A stretch of 63,191 nucleotides of DNA, the filler included, from Coriobacteriales bacterium (GTDB taxonomy: Bacteria > Actinomycetota > Coriobacteriia > Coriobacteriales > UBA8131), in NCBI GenBank assembly GCA_031263105.1. It is 6 parts of 6 records of this genome, joined end to end, with 100 filler letters (N's around TTAATTAATTAA, not from the genome) between each part and the next. Parts side by side here need not be neighbours in the genome. Positions count along the whole stretch, not along the records: positions 46,420 to 53,175 come from JAISGJ010000014.1; positions 53,276 to 63,191 come from JAISGJ010000092.1; 4 more parts are not named here. The stretch is one strand, 5' to 3'. Under the pieces are notes generated by a model, which was given only the letters and a program-made list of their open reading frames with translations, was not told where the DNA came from and did no database searches. Each line of letters starts with the position of its first letter. Positions within the stretch are counted from its first letter, which is position 1. The translations under genes were made by a program, and so were the position numbers. This document shows, piece by piece, positions 50,101-59,662 of the stretch.

Positions 50101-52941
50101 ATGAGAGTATCTGTCAAATGGCTCAAGACCATGGTGGAGCTGCCCGCCGACCTGCGGGAGCTCACCGAACGGCTCGACCTGACGGGCACGGCCGTGGAGG
50201 GCGTCGAGGTCACGGGGGCGGCGCTCGACGGCATCGTCGTGGGGCACATCCTCACGCGCGAGCGGCATCCCGACGCCGACCGGCTCTGGGTGACGACCGT
50301 CGATGTGGGGGAGCACAACCGTGGGGAGGACGGTGCGCCCGTGCCGTTGCAGATCGTCTGCGGCGCACAGAACTTCGAGGCGGGCGACAAGGTGCCCGTC
50401 GCGCTCGTCGGCGCGACGCTGCCGAGCGGCGACAGGATAAAGAAGGCGAAGATGCGCGGCGTCGAGTCGCGCGGCATGAACTGCAGCGCACGCGAGCTCG
50501 GCTTGGGAGAGGATCACGCGGGGCTGCTCGTCCTGCATCCGGATGCGCCCGTCGGCATGCCGATAGCCGAGCACCTCGATCTGAGCGACGCGGTCATCGA
50601 CCTCGAGATAACGCCCAACCGTCCCGACTGCATGAGCATGCTCGGCATCGCCCGTGAGGTCGGTGCCCTCTACGGGGTGCCCTACGGCCTGGGGCGCGAG
50701 GTGCCTGCGGCGGCGGCGATGCCCACATCGGGGGCGGTGGGGGTCGTGGGGGCGGTGGAGACCACCCCGGCGCTTCGCGCCGCCCAGGGGCCTGTCGGCC
50801 CGTTCTCGCTGGAAACGCGGTGCGTTTCCCGGGCGCTCGAACCCCCTCCGAAGGAGGGGAATTTCGATGCCGCAACGGCGGCGGCTGGCGAGGCGGCGGA
50901 GAGCGTGTGCGCAGCGCCCGTAGGGGGCGGCGTCCCCGACGCCCCGTCTCCTGACGCAGGCGAGCCGACGGGCGAGGGTGCTCCCGCGCCCTGCGACGCG
51001 TCGGCGGACGCGCTCGTCACGGTGAGCATCGACGACCCTGGGCGCTCGGCGCGCTACACCGCGCGCGTCATCAGGGGCGTGAGGATCGGCCCCTCCCCGG
51101 ACTGGCTCGCCGAGCGGGTGAGGGCGGCGGGTGCGCGCTCCATCAACAACATCGTCGACGTGACGAACTACCTCATGTTCGAGATGGGCCAGCCGCTCCA
51201 TGCCTTCGACCTCGACACGCTTGCGAAGGACGCGGACGGCAGGGCGCACATCGTCGTGCGCGCCGCCGCCGAAGGCGAGCGCTTCACGACGCTCGACGGC
51301 ATCGAGCGCACGCTGGACGCCGACGTCACCTGCATCGTCGACGGCAACGCCGCCGACGGGGCGGGGAGGGCCGTCGCGCTCGCGGGCGTCATGGGCGGGC
51401 TCGAGAGCGAGGTCACCGAGGCCACCACGGACATCCTGCTCGAGTCGGCGACCTTCTCGAGTGCGCACACGAGCCGCACGAGCCGCAGGCTTCAGCTGTT
51501 CAGCGAGGCCTCGGCCCGCTACGAGCGCGGTGTGGACGCGGAGCTTTGCGACGAGGCGTCCGCCCGGGCCGCCGCGCTCATGGCGGAGGTCTCCGGCGGA
51601 CGCGTCTGCGAGGGCGTGGTCGACGCCTATCCCGCGCCGACGGCGCCGCCGCTGCTCTCCTTCCGCGTGGGGCGCTTCCAGGACCTCGTCGGCGCCCCCG
51701 TCCCCATCGCAGACATCGTGGGCATCCTCACCCGCCTCGGCTGCCGCATGGCCTGCCACGACCGGGCCGACGGCAGCTACCCCGCCACGTCGCTCTGCCA
51801 CATCATGCACGGCGAGGACTGCGCCGCCGCCCTTGCGGCCGCCGACCTGCGCGACGTCGCCATTCCCGTCCAGCCGCCCAGCTACCGTCCCGACCTCACG
51901 CGCGAGATAGACCTCTACGAGGAGGTGCTGCGCGTCTGGGGCATGGGCCGCGTGGAGCCGACCTTGCCGGGAGGCCGGGGCCGCATCGGCGCAAGGACGG
52001 TGGAGCAGCAGCGCCTTGGCGTCATCGGGCGTGCGCTCAGGGCGAGCGGGCTCAACGAGACGATGACCTACGTCTTTGCCTCTCCGCGCGACGGCGAGGT
52101 GCTTGCCATGCCGTTCGAGGAGCACCAGCAGGCCGTCGAGCTCGTCAACCCCCTGAACAGCGAACAGGGCCTCGTCCGGCGTACCGTCCTGCCGGGGCTG
52201 CTGCGCTCGGTCGCCTACAACCAGAGCCACGGGGTCGAGAACGTGCACCTGTACGAGACAGGGACGGTGTTCTTCGCCTCCGAGGGGCGCAAGCTGCCCC
52301 GCGAACGCCAGATGCTCGCCGCCGTCCTTGCGGGCAGCTGGACGGAGGGCGGATGGAACGAGGGCCCCGAGCCCCTTGGCTTCTTCGACGGGAAGGGCGT
52401 GCTCGAGAACCTGCTTTGCGAACTCAACGTGGCGAAGCCGCGCTTCAGGCCGCTGGAGGCCGCCGCCGCGCCTTGGTTGCAGCCGGGGCGCGCGGCCGAG
52501 GTGCTTGCAGGCTCGCGCCTGCTCGGCTGGCTCGGCGAGGTGCATCCCCGCGTGGCCGCCGCCTTCGAGGCGGCGGCGCCCGTCACCGCCTTCGAGCTGG
52601 ACGTGAAGGCGCTGCTCGCCTCGGCCGAGCAGGCGCGTCCGTACCGGGACGTCCCGCAGTTCCCCGCCGTCGCGCTCGACCTCGCCCTCGTGGTGGAGGA
52701 GGACGTCAGCGCCGAGCGGGTGGGCCAGGCGATCCGCTCGGCGGGCGGCGCCCTGCTTTACGAGCTGCGCCTGTTCGACGTCTACCGCGATGCGGAGAAG
52801 ATCGGCGCGGGCAGGAAGTCGCTGGCCTTCTCGCTCACATACCGGGCGCCTGACCGCACCCTCACCCTCGAAGAGGTCGAGCCCCTGCACCAAAAGGTCG
52901 TCAAAAAGGCCACGGCCGCAACAGGCGGCAAGCTGCGGTAG
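50101..52941 (+). CDS. pheT: Phenylalanine-tRNA ligase beta subunit with in-frame insertions
   Basis: HPDADRL, IVCGA, ITPNRPDC, RPDLTREIDLYEEV and LFDVY motifs. Confidence 0.96.
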   Translation: MRVSVKWLKTMVELPADLRELTERLDLTGTAVEGVEVTGAALDGIVVGHILTRERHPDADRLWVTTVDVGEHNRGEDGAPVPLQIVCGAQNFEAGDKVPVALVGATLPSGDRIKKAKMRGVESRGMNCSARELGLGEDHAGLLVLHPDAPVGMPIAEHLDLSDAVIDLEITPNRPDCMSMLGIAREVGALYGVPYGLGREVPAAAAMPTSGAVGVVGAVETTPALRAAQGPVGPFSLETRCVSRALEPPPKEGNFDAATAAAGEAAESVCAAPVGGGVPDAPSPDAGEPTGEGAPAPCDASADALVTVSIDDPGRSARYTARVIRGVRIGPSPDWLAERVRAAGARSINNIVDVTNYLMFEMGQPLHAFDLDTLAKDADGRAHIVVRAAAEGERFTTLDGIERTLDADVTCIVDGNAADGAGRAVALAGVMGGLESEVTEATTDILLESATFSSAHTSRTSRRLQLFSEASARYERGVDAELCDEASARAAALMAEVSGGRVCEGVVDAYPAPTAPPLLSFRVGRFQDLVGAPVPIADIVGILTRLGCRMACHDRADGSYPATSLCHIMHGEDCAAALAAADLRDVAIPVQPPSYRPDLTREIDLYEEVLRVWGMGRVEPTLPGGRGRIGARTVEQQRLGVIGRALRASGLNETMTYVFASPRDGEVLAMPFEEHQQAVELVNPLNSEQGLVRRTVLPGLLRSVAYNQSHGVENVHLYETGTVFFASEGRKLPRERQMLAAVLAGSWTEGGWNEGPEPLGFFDGKGVLENLLCELNVAKPRFRPLEAAAAPWLQPGRAAEVLAGSRLLGWLGEVHPRVAAAFEAAAPVTAFELDVKALLASAEQARPYRDVPQFPAVALDLALVVEEDVSAERVGQAIRSAGGALLYELRLFDVYRDAEKIGAGRKSLAFSLTYRAPDRTLTLEEVEPLHQKVVKKATAATGGKLR
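50761..50861. repeat. REP-like palindrome with a nested ~60-bp repeat inside pheT
   Basis: 50787-50844 is near-identical to 3414-3471 and to the reverse complement of 55836-55880 plus 56035-56050. Confidence 0.85.
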
Positions 52942-52950
52942 CGGGCGAAT

Positions 52951-53175
52951 CCCCGCAGCCCCACTGCCATCCCGAGCGGAGGCCCCGCAGCCCCCGCAGC
53001 CCCGCAGCCCCCGCAGCGCCCGCAGCGCCCGCAGCGCCCGCAGCCCCGCAGCGCCCGCAGCGCCCGCAGCCCCGCAGCGCCCGCAGCCCCGCAGCGCCCG
53101 CAGCCCCCGCAGCGCCCGCAGCCCCGCCGCGCCCGCAGCCCCCGCAGCCCCGCAGCGCCCGCAGCCCCGCAGCCC
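52951..53175. repeat. Degenerate MITE core followed by an 8-9-bp CGCAGC(C/G)C tandem array
   Basis: CCCCACTGCCATCCCGAGC, then repeats running to the contig end. Confidence 0.7.
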
Positions 53176-53275
53176 NNNNNNNNNNNNNNNNNNNNNNNNN
53201 NNNNNNNNNNNNNNNNNNNTTAATTAATTAANNNNNNNNNNNNNNNNNNNNNNNNNNNNNNNNNNNNNNNNNNNN
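53176..53275. other. Artificial contig linker
   Basis: N-run with TTAATTAATTAA. Confidence 0.97.
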
Positions 53276-53413
53276 CCGGGGCGGCAGCGGGGCCCGGGGC
53301 GGCAGCGGGGCCCGGGGCGGCAGCGGGGCCCGGGGCGGCAGCGGGGCCCGGGGCGGCAGCGGGGCCCGGAATGGCAGTGGGGGTCGGGGTGGCAGTGGGG
53401 TGTGAACGGTAAC
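53276..53413. mobile_element. MITE terminus with about 7 GC-shifted 18-bp units
   Basis: CCGGGGCGGCAGCGGGGC repeats ending GTGAACGGTAAC. Confidence 0.8.
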
Positions 53414-53416
53414 ATG

Positions 53417-54271
53417 TCAGTCGGCATCGAAGAGGGAGGCAAAGGACGGCGACCTGCGGGCAAGGCGCAGGTTCGTCGAGAGCCAGTCCTCGACCGTGCC
53501 CACGTCGTAGCCCTCGTCGGGGCCGATGACGAGCGCATAGACCTCCTCGTGCGCAAGCAGCGCAATCAGGGCGTCGGTGAGCTGCACCTCCCCGCCCGCG
53601 CCCGGCGCGGTCGTGGCGAGCAGGCGCATGGTCAGAGGCGTCAGCAGGTAGCGCCCGAAGATGGCCAAATCCGAGGGGGCCTCCTCGCGCGACGGCTTCT
53701 CGACCATGCCGGTGACGCGCCACACGCCGTCCTCGCCCGGGCCGCCCGCAGGCTCGCCCGCGACGATCCCAAAGCGGCCGACCTGCTCGGGGGGCACCCT
53801 CATGACCGCTATGACGCTCGCGCCCTCATGCGCACGGCTGACAGCGAGCATGCGGGGGAGCAGGGCGCACTCCGGCACGAGCACGTCGCCGAGCAGCACG
53901 TAGAAGGGCTGCTCGTCGGCTGCAAGTGCAGCGGCCGCGCAGTGGACGGCATGTCCCAGCCCGCGCGGCTCGGGCTGCTCGACGAAGGTGACGGGGAGGC
54001 TGCCGAGGCGGCGGACCTCGCGCGCCTGCTCCCCTTTTCCTGCGGACTCGAGAAGGGCACAGAGCCCCTCGTCCGGCGAGAAGTGCCCCTCGATGGAGCG
54101 CTTCTGGGAACTGCTGACGACGACGACCTCGTCGGCGCCTGCCGCAAGCGCCTCCTCCACCACGTACTGGATGGCGGGCCTGTCGAGGACGGGGAGCATC
54201 TCCTTGGGCTGTGCCTTGGTCGCCGGGAGGAAGCGCGTCCCAAGCCCTGCCGCAGGAATGACGGCCTTCAT
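53417..54271 (-). CDS. galU: UTP-glucose-1-phosphate uridylyltransferase
   Basis: KAVIPAAGLGTRFLPATKAQPKEMLP and GEVQLTDA motifs. Confidence 0.93.
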   Translation of the reverse strand: MKAVIPAAGLGTRFLPATKAQPKEMLPVLDRPAIQYVVEEALAAGADEVVVVSSSQKRSIEGHFSPDEGLCALLESAGKGEQAREVRRLGSLPVTFVEQPEPRGLGHAVHCAAAALAADEQPFYVLLGDVLVPECALLPRMLAVSRAHEGASVIAVMRVPPEQVGRFGIVAGEPAGGPGEDGVWRVTGMVEKPSREEAPSDLAIFGRYLLTPLTMRLLATTAPGAGGEVQLTDALIALLAHEEVYALVIGPDEGYDVGTVEDWLSTNLRLARRSPSFASLFDAD

Positions 54272-54337
54272 TGGTTCTCCCCGAGGAGAGGATTGTCGAT
54301 CATTGCATACCGTCTTCCGGCCACTTCGCGACGAACG

Positions 54338-55642
54338 TCAGTCGAGGTACTCGATCTCGGCGTTGTCTATGAGCCACTTGTTCGCCTTGTTGCGCAGGGC
54401 GCCTTCGTGTATCTGGTACATGCGCCCGCTGAGCTCGAACTCCATGCGCGCGTCCTTCTCGTGCCCGGGCGCCATGAGGCGGAAGGTCTCCTCGATGTCC
54501 TCGTCGTCGACCGTGAGGCCGAGATGGCGCGCCAGCGCGTCGAGGCTGAAGCCCTGTGTGAGCACCTCGCGGGTCTGCATCATCAGCTGCATTGAGAACT
54601 GCTGGTCGCCGCCCTGTTCCTGGATGAAGTCCTGCATGGTCTTGCCCTGGGCCCTGAGGTTCTGTTGGAGGTTCTGGAGGATGTCGTCGCGGGTCAGCTC
54701 GTAGAGCTCGTCGGGGATGGAGCCCTTGAAGCGCTTGGCGAACTCCGACGCGGCCAAGAACGAGCGCATGCCCGCAGCCTCCCGCTCCCGCTGGGCAAGG
54801 CCCTGCTCGCGCACCATCTCGCGGAGCTCGGGGACCGTCGCGGCGCCGGGGATGTTCTTCTTCACCCAGGCGTCGGTGATGGCAGGGATGACGCGCTTCT
54901 GTATCTCGAGTACGGTCACCGTGAAGGTGAAGGTCTCCGTCTTCTCGGGATCCTCGAGGTCGCTGCGCTTGAAGTCGGGGGAGGCGACGTCGAAGGTCCG
55001 GGTCTGGCCCGCCTCCATGCCGAGAAGGTTCTCGTCGAAGCCCTTGGGCAGGAAGCCCTGGCCGAGCGTGTAGGCGCGCCTGTCGGCCGTGAGCTGCTTG
55101 ACCTCCTCGCCCTTCGCGTCGACGGTCTTCAGGGCGAAGAGGACGTCGTTGCCGTCCTCGACGGGATGGCCCTCGTCCTTCTCGAAGCTCACGTTGTTCT
55201 CCGCCATCATCACCAGCTGCTGGTCTATCTCGGCCTCGCTGACCTTCACGCGGGGAACCTTCACCTTCACGGGGCCGAAGTCGGCTATCTCGTACACCGG
55301 CTTGACGATGACCTCGGCCGTGAAGGAGAGCTCGCGTCCGGGCACGACCTTCACGCCGGTGGTCGTGACCCTGGGGGCGCCGATGATGCCTATCCCCTCC
55401 TGCGTGACCGCAAAGGGCGCGAGGAACTGCATGACCTGGAAGTCGATGAACGAGTCGTAGTACGCCTCGCCGACCTTCTCCTTGATGGCGGCCACGAGGT
55501 CCTTCTGCTGCTGGGGGTTGATGCCGTTTTGCATCGCGAGCTGGAAGTTGATGAAACGGACGGCCTCCTGGACCTTGTCGGCAGGCGCGACGATCTGAAG
55601 CTCTATCTTCCCCTCGGGGATCTCCTTGCGTTTGACCTTCAT
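54338..55642 (-). CDS. tig: Trigger factor
   Basis: FKBP-like LGQGFLPKGFDENLLGM segment and overall layout; lacks the canonical GFRxGxxP. Confidence 0.78.
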   Translation of the reverse strand: MKVKRKEIPEGKIELQIVAPADKVQEAVRFINFQLAMQNGINPQQQKDLVAAIKEKVGEAYYDSFIDFQVMQFLAPFAVTQEGIGIIGAPRVTTTGVKVVPGRELSFTAEVIVKPVYEIADFGPVKVKVPRVKVSEAEIDQQLVMMAENNVSFEKDEGHPVEDGNDVLFALKTVDAKGEEVKQLTADRRAYTLGQGFLPKGFDENLLGMEAGQTRTFDVASPDFKRSDLEDPEKTETFTFTVTVLEIQKRVIPAITDAWVKKNIPGAATVPELREMVREQGLAQREREAAGMRSFLAASEFAKRFKGSIPDELYELTRDDILQNLQQNLRAQGKTMQDFIQEQGGDQQFSMQLMMQTREVLTQGFSLDALARHLGLTVDDEDIEETFRLMAPGHEKDARMEFELSGRMYQIHEGALRNKANKWLIDNAEIEYLD

Positions 55643-55752
55643 CTATTCTCCTTGCTCGTTCGGACTTCTGCCTCTGGTTCGTACCAGTATACCGCTTCGA
55701 GCTTGGAGGGACGTGCCGATTCGCCCATTGTGCGCCATTCGGCACAGAGGGA

Positions 55753-56181
55753 GTCGCCGGTCACTCCCCACTGTCATTCCGAGCGCAGCGAAGATCCTTC
55801 GCTGCGCTCAGGATAAACTCCGCCGAGGAATCTTCGGGTCCGAGCGCCCGGAAAACGCACCGCGTTTTCAGCGAGGACGGCGCGACAGTCCAGTGGACTG
55901 GGAAACAGCCCAGTGGGCTGTTTCCGGGCGAAGCTGCGTTGGGAAACAGCGCGGTGCGCTGTTTCCGGGCGAAGCTGCGGAGCAGCGGGTGAGCCCCTGA
56001 GCGTATGAGCCCCTGAGCGGATGAGCCCATGGAACCGACAGGCCCACGGGACGCAGTAGGTTGAGGAGTCCTTCGACCTGCGGTCGACCGCTGACGCGGT
56101 CGAGGATTCCTCGGCAGGCTCGGAATGACAGTGGGGACCCGGGATGACACGGTGGTGTCTGTAGAGGGTATGGGCAGTAAC
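55753..56181. mobile_element. Composite MITE copy with nested repeats
   Basis: Degenerate termini and core interrupted by at least three other palindromic modules. Confidence 0.8.
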
Positions 56182-56200
56182 GTACCTGGCGCGCCTGCGC

Positions 56201-58615
56201 TCAGCCGGCGCCCCCCTGGGCGGAGAGGGGCGAGGGGGTCCGAGGGGCGGGGCGGAAGAGCAGGAAGAGGAAGCCGGCGATCAGGAGCAGGGCGACGGCG
56301 GAGGCGGCCGTGAAGCCCGCCCCCGTCACGAGGAGCCCCACCTGGTAGACCGAGAACGCGACGAAGTAGGCGAACACGCACTGGTAGCCGACGGCTATGA
56401 GGGTCCAGCGGGGCGAGGCCATCTCGCGATGGATGGCGCCGATGGCTGCGAAGCAGGGGGCGCAGAGCAGGTTGAACAGCAGGAAGGAGAAGGCCGCAAG
56501 CTGCGTGAACGAGGCCACGAGCACAGGCCAGTAGTCCGCGCCGTCCTCGGCTACCTCGGCGAACCCGTAGAGCACGCCGAAGGTGCCGACGACGTTCTCC
56601 TTCGCGATGAGGCCCGTGACCGTCGCCGTCGTCGCGCGCCAGTCGCCCCAGCCGAGCGGGTCGAAGACGGGCGCCACCGCCCCGCCGATGGCGGCGAGCA
56701 TGGAGTCGTTCGTGTCAACCATCCGCATCGTCCAGTCGAAGGTCGAGAGGAACCACACGAGGACGGTCGCGAGCAGGATGATGGTGCCGGCGCGCTTGAC
56801 GAAGGCGCCGCCGCGCTCGAGCATGACGCGCAGCACGCCGACAGGGCGCGGGAGATGGTAGGCCGGAAGCTCGATGAGGAAGGGAGAGGGGTCGCCGGCG
56901 AACAGGCGAACCTTCTTGAGGATGATGCCCGAGCAGACGATTGCGGCGATGCCGATGAAGTAGGCCGAGGGCGCGACCCAGAGGCTCCCGGGGAACAGCG
57001 CGCCCGAGATGAGCGCGATGATGGGGAGCTTGGCGCTGCAGGGGATGAAGGTGGTCGTCATGACCGTCAGGCGCCGGTTGCTCTCGTTCTCGATGGTGCG
57101 CGAGGCGAGGATGCCGGGGACGCCGCAGCCCGTCCCTATGAGGATGGGGATGAAGGACTTGCCGGAGAGGCCGAAGCGCTTGAAGACGCGGTCCATGATG
57201 AAGGCGATGCGCGCCATGTAGCCGCAGTCCTCCAGAAGCGCGAGCAGGAGGAAGAGGATGAGCATCTGCGGCAGGAAGCCGAGCACGGCTCCCACGCCGG
57301 CGACGATGCCGCCGAGCAGGAGCGAGTTGAGCCACTCGGCGGTGCCCGCCGCCTCCAGTGCGGCTTCGAGCAGCACGGGGACGCCGGGGACCCAGATGCC
57401 GAAGGATGCGGGGTCGGGGGCGTCGCCTTCAGGGGCAGCGGCTTCGGCAGTGTCGGGGGCGCCAGCCGGAAGGGCCGCGTCCTCGTAGGCGCCGAGGGCC
57501 TCCCCGTACTCGACGGCGCCGATGCCGAAGAGGTGCCAGCCGTCGCCGAAGACGCCGTCGTTGGCCCAGTCGGTGGCGAGCGTGCCCACGGAGCTGACCG
57601 CCAGGAAGTACACGAGGAACATGACGAGGGCGAAGATGGGAAGAGCGAGCACCCGGTTCGTGACCACGCGGTCTATCCTGTCCGAGACCGTCGGCGCCCC
57701 CTCGTCCCTGACGGTCAGCGTCGCGGCGACGACCTCGCCGATGAAGGCGTAACGCTCGTTGGCGATGACGGACTCGCTGTCGTCGTCGTAGGCGTCCTCG
57801 ACGGCCTTGACGGCGTCCTCTATCGCGGCCCTCTGCGCGTCGTCGAGCTCGAAGCGCCCTGCGATCTCCTGGTCGCGCTCGAAGAACTTGATGCTGTACC
57901 AGCGGACGTTCGCGTCCTTGACCTGGGACTCGATGACCGCGCCTATCGCGTGAAGCGCCGCCTCGACCGGTGCCGAGAAGCGGGTGGGCGCAACGGGGGT
58001 GCCGGGGGCGTCGTGGCCGACGGGAGCGCCGGGGGCGTCGTGGTCGACGGGAGCGCCGGGGGCGTCGTGGCCGACGGGGCCGGCGCCCGTCCGCAGGCGG
58101 TGCTGCGCCTGCTCTGCGGCGAGCTGCTGCGCCTTCTCGGCCGCGTTGGCGCAGCCCTGCCCCTTGAGGGCCGAGGTCTCGACGACGGCGACCCCCAGCA
58201 TCTGGGAGAGCCGCTTAAGGTCGATGGCGTCGCCGCGCTTCTGCACGACGTCTATCATGTTCAGCGCGAGGACCACAGGGATGCCGAGCTCGACAAGCTG
58301 CGTGGTGAGGTAGAGGTTGCGCTCGAGGTTGGAGGCGTCGACGATGTCGATGACGGCGCTGGGACGCTCCTTGACGAGGTAGGTGCGGCTGATGACCTCC
58401 TCGGGCGAATAGGGGGCCAGCGAGTAGATGCCGGGCAGGTCCTGGACGATGACGTCCTTCCTGCCCTTCAGGCGGCCCTCCTTCTTCTCGACGGTGACCC
58501 CCGGCCAGTTGCCCACCCGCTGCGACGAGCCCGTGAGCTCGTTGAACATGGTGGTCTTGCCGCTGTTGGGGTTGCCGGCAAGGGCTATCGTAACGACACG
58601 GTCCGTCATCGTCAT
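56201..58615 (-). CDS. feoB: Ferrous iron transporter B
   Basis: GNPNSGKTT, GNWPGVTVE, DLPGIYSL, PCSAK and APCFA motifs. Confidence 0.96.
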   Translation of the reverse strand: MTMTDRVVTIALAGNPNSGKTTMFNELTGSSQRVGNWPGVTVEKKEGRLKGRKDVIVQDLPGIYSLAPYSPEEVISRTYLVKERPSAVIDIVDASNLERNLYLTTQLVELGIPVVLALNMIDVVQKRGDAIDLKRLSQMLGVAVVETSALKGQGCANAAEKAQQLAAEQAQHRLRTGAGPVGHDAPGAPVDHDAPGAPVGHDAPGTPVAPTRFSAPVEAALHAIGAVIESQVKDANVRWYSIKFFERDQEIAGRFELDDAQRAAIEDAVKAVEDAYDDDSESVIANERYAFIGEVVAATLTVRDEGAPTVSDRIDRVVTNRVLALPIFALVMFLVYFLAVSSVGTLATDWANDGVFGDGWHLFGIGAVEYGEALGAYEDAALPAGAPDTAEAAAPEGDAPDPASFGIWVPGVPVLLEAALEAAGTAEWLNSLLLGGIVAGVGAVLGFLPQMLILFLLLALLEDCGYMARIAFIMDRVFKRFGLSGKSFIPILIGTGCGVPGILASRTIENESNRRLTVMTTTFIPCSAKLPIIALISGALFPGSLWVAPSAYFIGIAAIVCSGIILKKVRLFAGDPSPFLIELPAYHLPRPVGVLRVMLERGGAFVKRAGTIILLATVLVWFLSTFDWTMRMVDTNDSMLAAIGGAVAPVFDPLGWGDWRATTATVTGLIAKENVVGTFGVLYGFAEVAEDGADYWPVLVASFTQLAAFSFLLFNLLCAPCFAAIGAIHREMASPRWTLIAVGYQCVFAYFVAFSVYQVGLLVTGAGFTAASAVALLLIAGFLFLLFRPAPRTPSPLSAQGGAG

Positions 58616-58929
58616 ATCCTCTCGTTGGGGGCCGTGGGGGCCGCAGGGGGCGCCGCGGCCGCAGGGGGCGCAGCGGCCGCAGGGGGCGCAGCGGCCGCCT
58701 CGGCATCCTCGGCCACCTCGATCATCTCGGCGTCGGCCTTGCGGATGCTCAGCTCGTAGCCGCGCACCCGTACCTCCACAGGGTCGCCGAGCGGCGCGAC
58801 CTTGCGGACGTAGACCTCGACCCCCTTGGTGACGCCCATGTCCATGATGCGCCGCTTGAGCGAGCCCTCGCCGTGCAACCTGACGACCGTCACCGTCTCG
58901 CCCTTGCGTACATCCCTGAGTGTCCTCAT
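58612..58929 (-). CDS. feoA: Ferrous iron transport protein A
   Basis: RRIMDMG...APLGDPVEVRVRGYELSIRK; Ala/Pro repeat tail. Confidence 0.93.
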   Translation of the reverse strand: MRTLRDVRKGETVTVVRLHGEGSLKRRIMDMGVTKGVEVYVRKVAPLGDPVEVRVRGYELSIRKADAEMIEVAEDAEAAAAPPAAAAPPAAAAPPAAPTAPNERI

Positions 58930-59056
58930 ACAACGCCTTTCTTGTTCAATGGAAAGAAAACCATCAGTAAACGCTTTCGGTTTCCTGCACTATATCAGAA
59001 CGTATGTTAGAAGTCACACACTTCATTGTGCGGATGGTCTTGGCAACTTTCCCATT

Positions 59057-59429
59057 GTTACGCGTCACACCCCCACTGTCATCCCGAGCCCCATTGTCAT
59101 TCCGAGCTCCGCCGAGGAATCTTTGGACACGCAGTGTCCAACGGTAGCTCGGGGGGCCCTTCGGCCTGCGGTCGACCGCTGGCGCGGTCGAGGATTCCTC
59201 GACAGGCTCGGAATGACAGTGGGACTCGGGACGACAGTGGGGCTCGGGACGACAGTGGGGCTCGGGACGACAGCGGGGCTCGGGGCGACAGCGGGGCTCG
59301 GGACGACAGTGGGGGCCGGGACGACAGTGGGGCTCGGGGCGACAGCGGGGCTCGGGGCGACAGCGGGGCTCGGGGCGACAGTGGGGCTCGGGGTGACAGT
59401 GGGGTATCCGTGGGGGTGTGCACTGTAAC
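59057..59429. mobile_element. MITE-like element with 11 x 18-bp tandem units
   Basis: GTTACGCGTCAC...GTGCACTGTAAC; full core; no TSD visible. Confidence 0.87.
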
Positions 59430-59512
59430 CCCCGGCTCGCGGTGCTCGCGGTGAACAGTGGGGGTGTGAGCAGTGGCGAATGAATGGTACAATGCCACAG
59501 GACTACAGGACT

Positions 59513-59588
59513 GTCCCCATCGTCTAGCGGTCAGGACACCGCCCTTTCAAGGCGGAGATCGCGGGTTCGAATCCCGCTGGGGATGCCA
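59513..59588 (+). tRNA. tRNA-Glu(TTC)
   Basis: Acceptor stem GTCCCCA/TGGGGAT, anticodon arm CCGCC-CTTTCAA-GGCGG, TTCGAAT, CCA. Confidence 0.95.
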
Positions 59589-59662
59589 AAAAACCAACAG
59601 GTCGGAAGCATCACAAGGCTTCCGGCCTGCCCTCGGTCTTCCCGTCTGCCCCCTCCCGTCCG

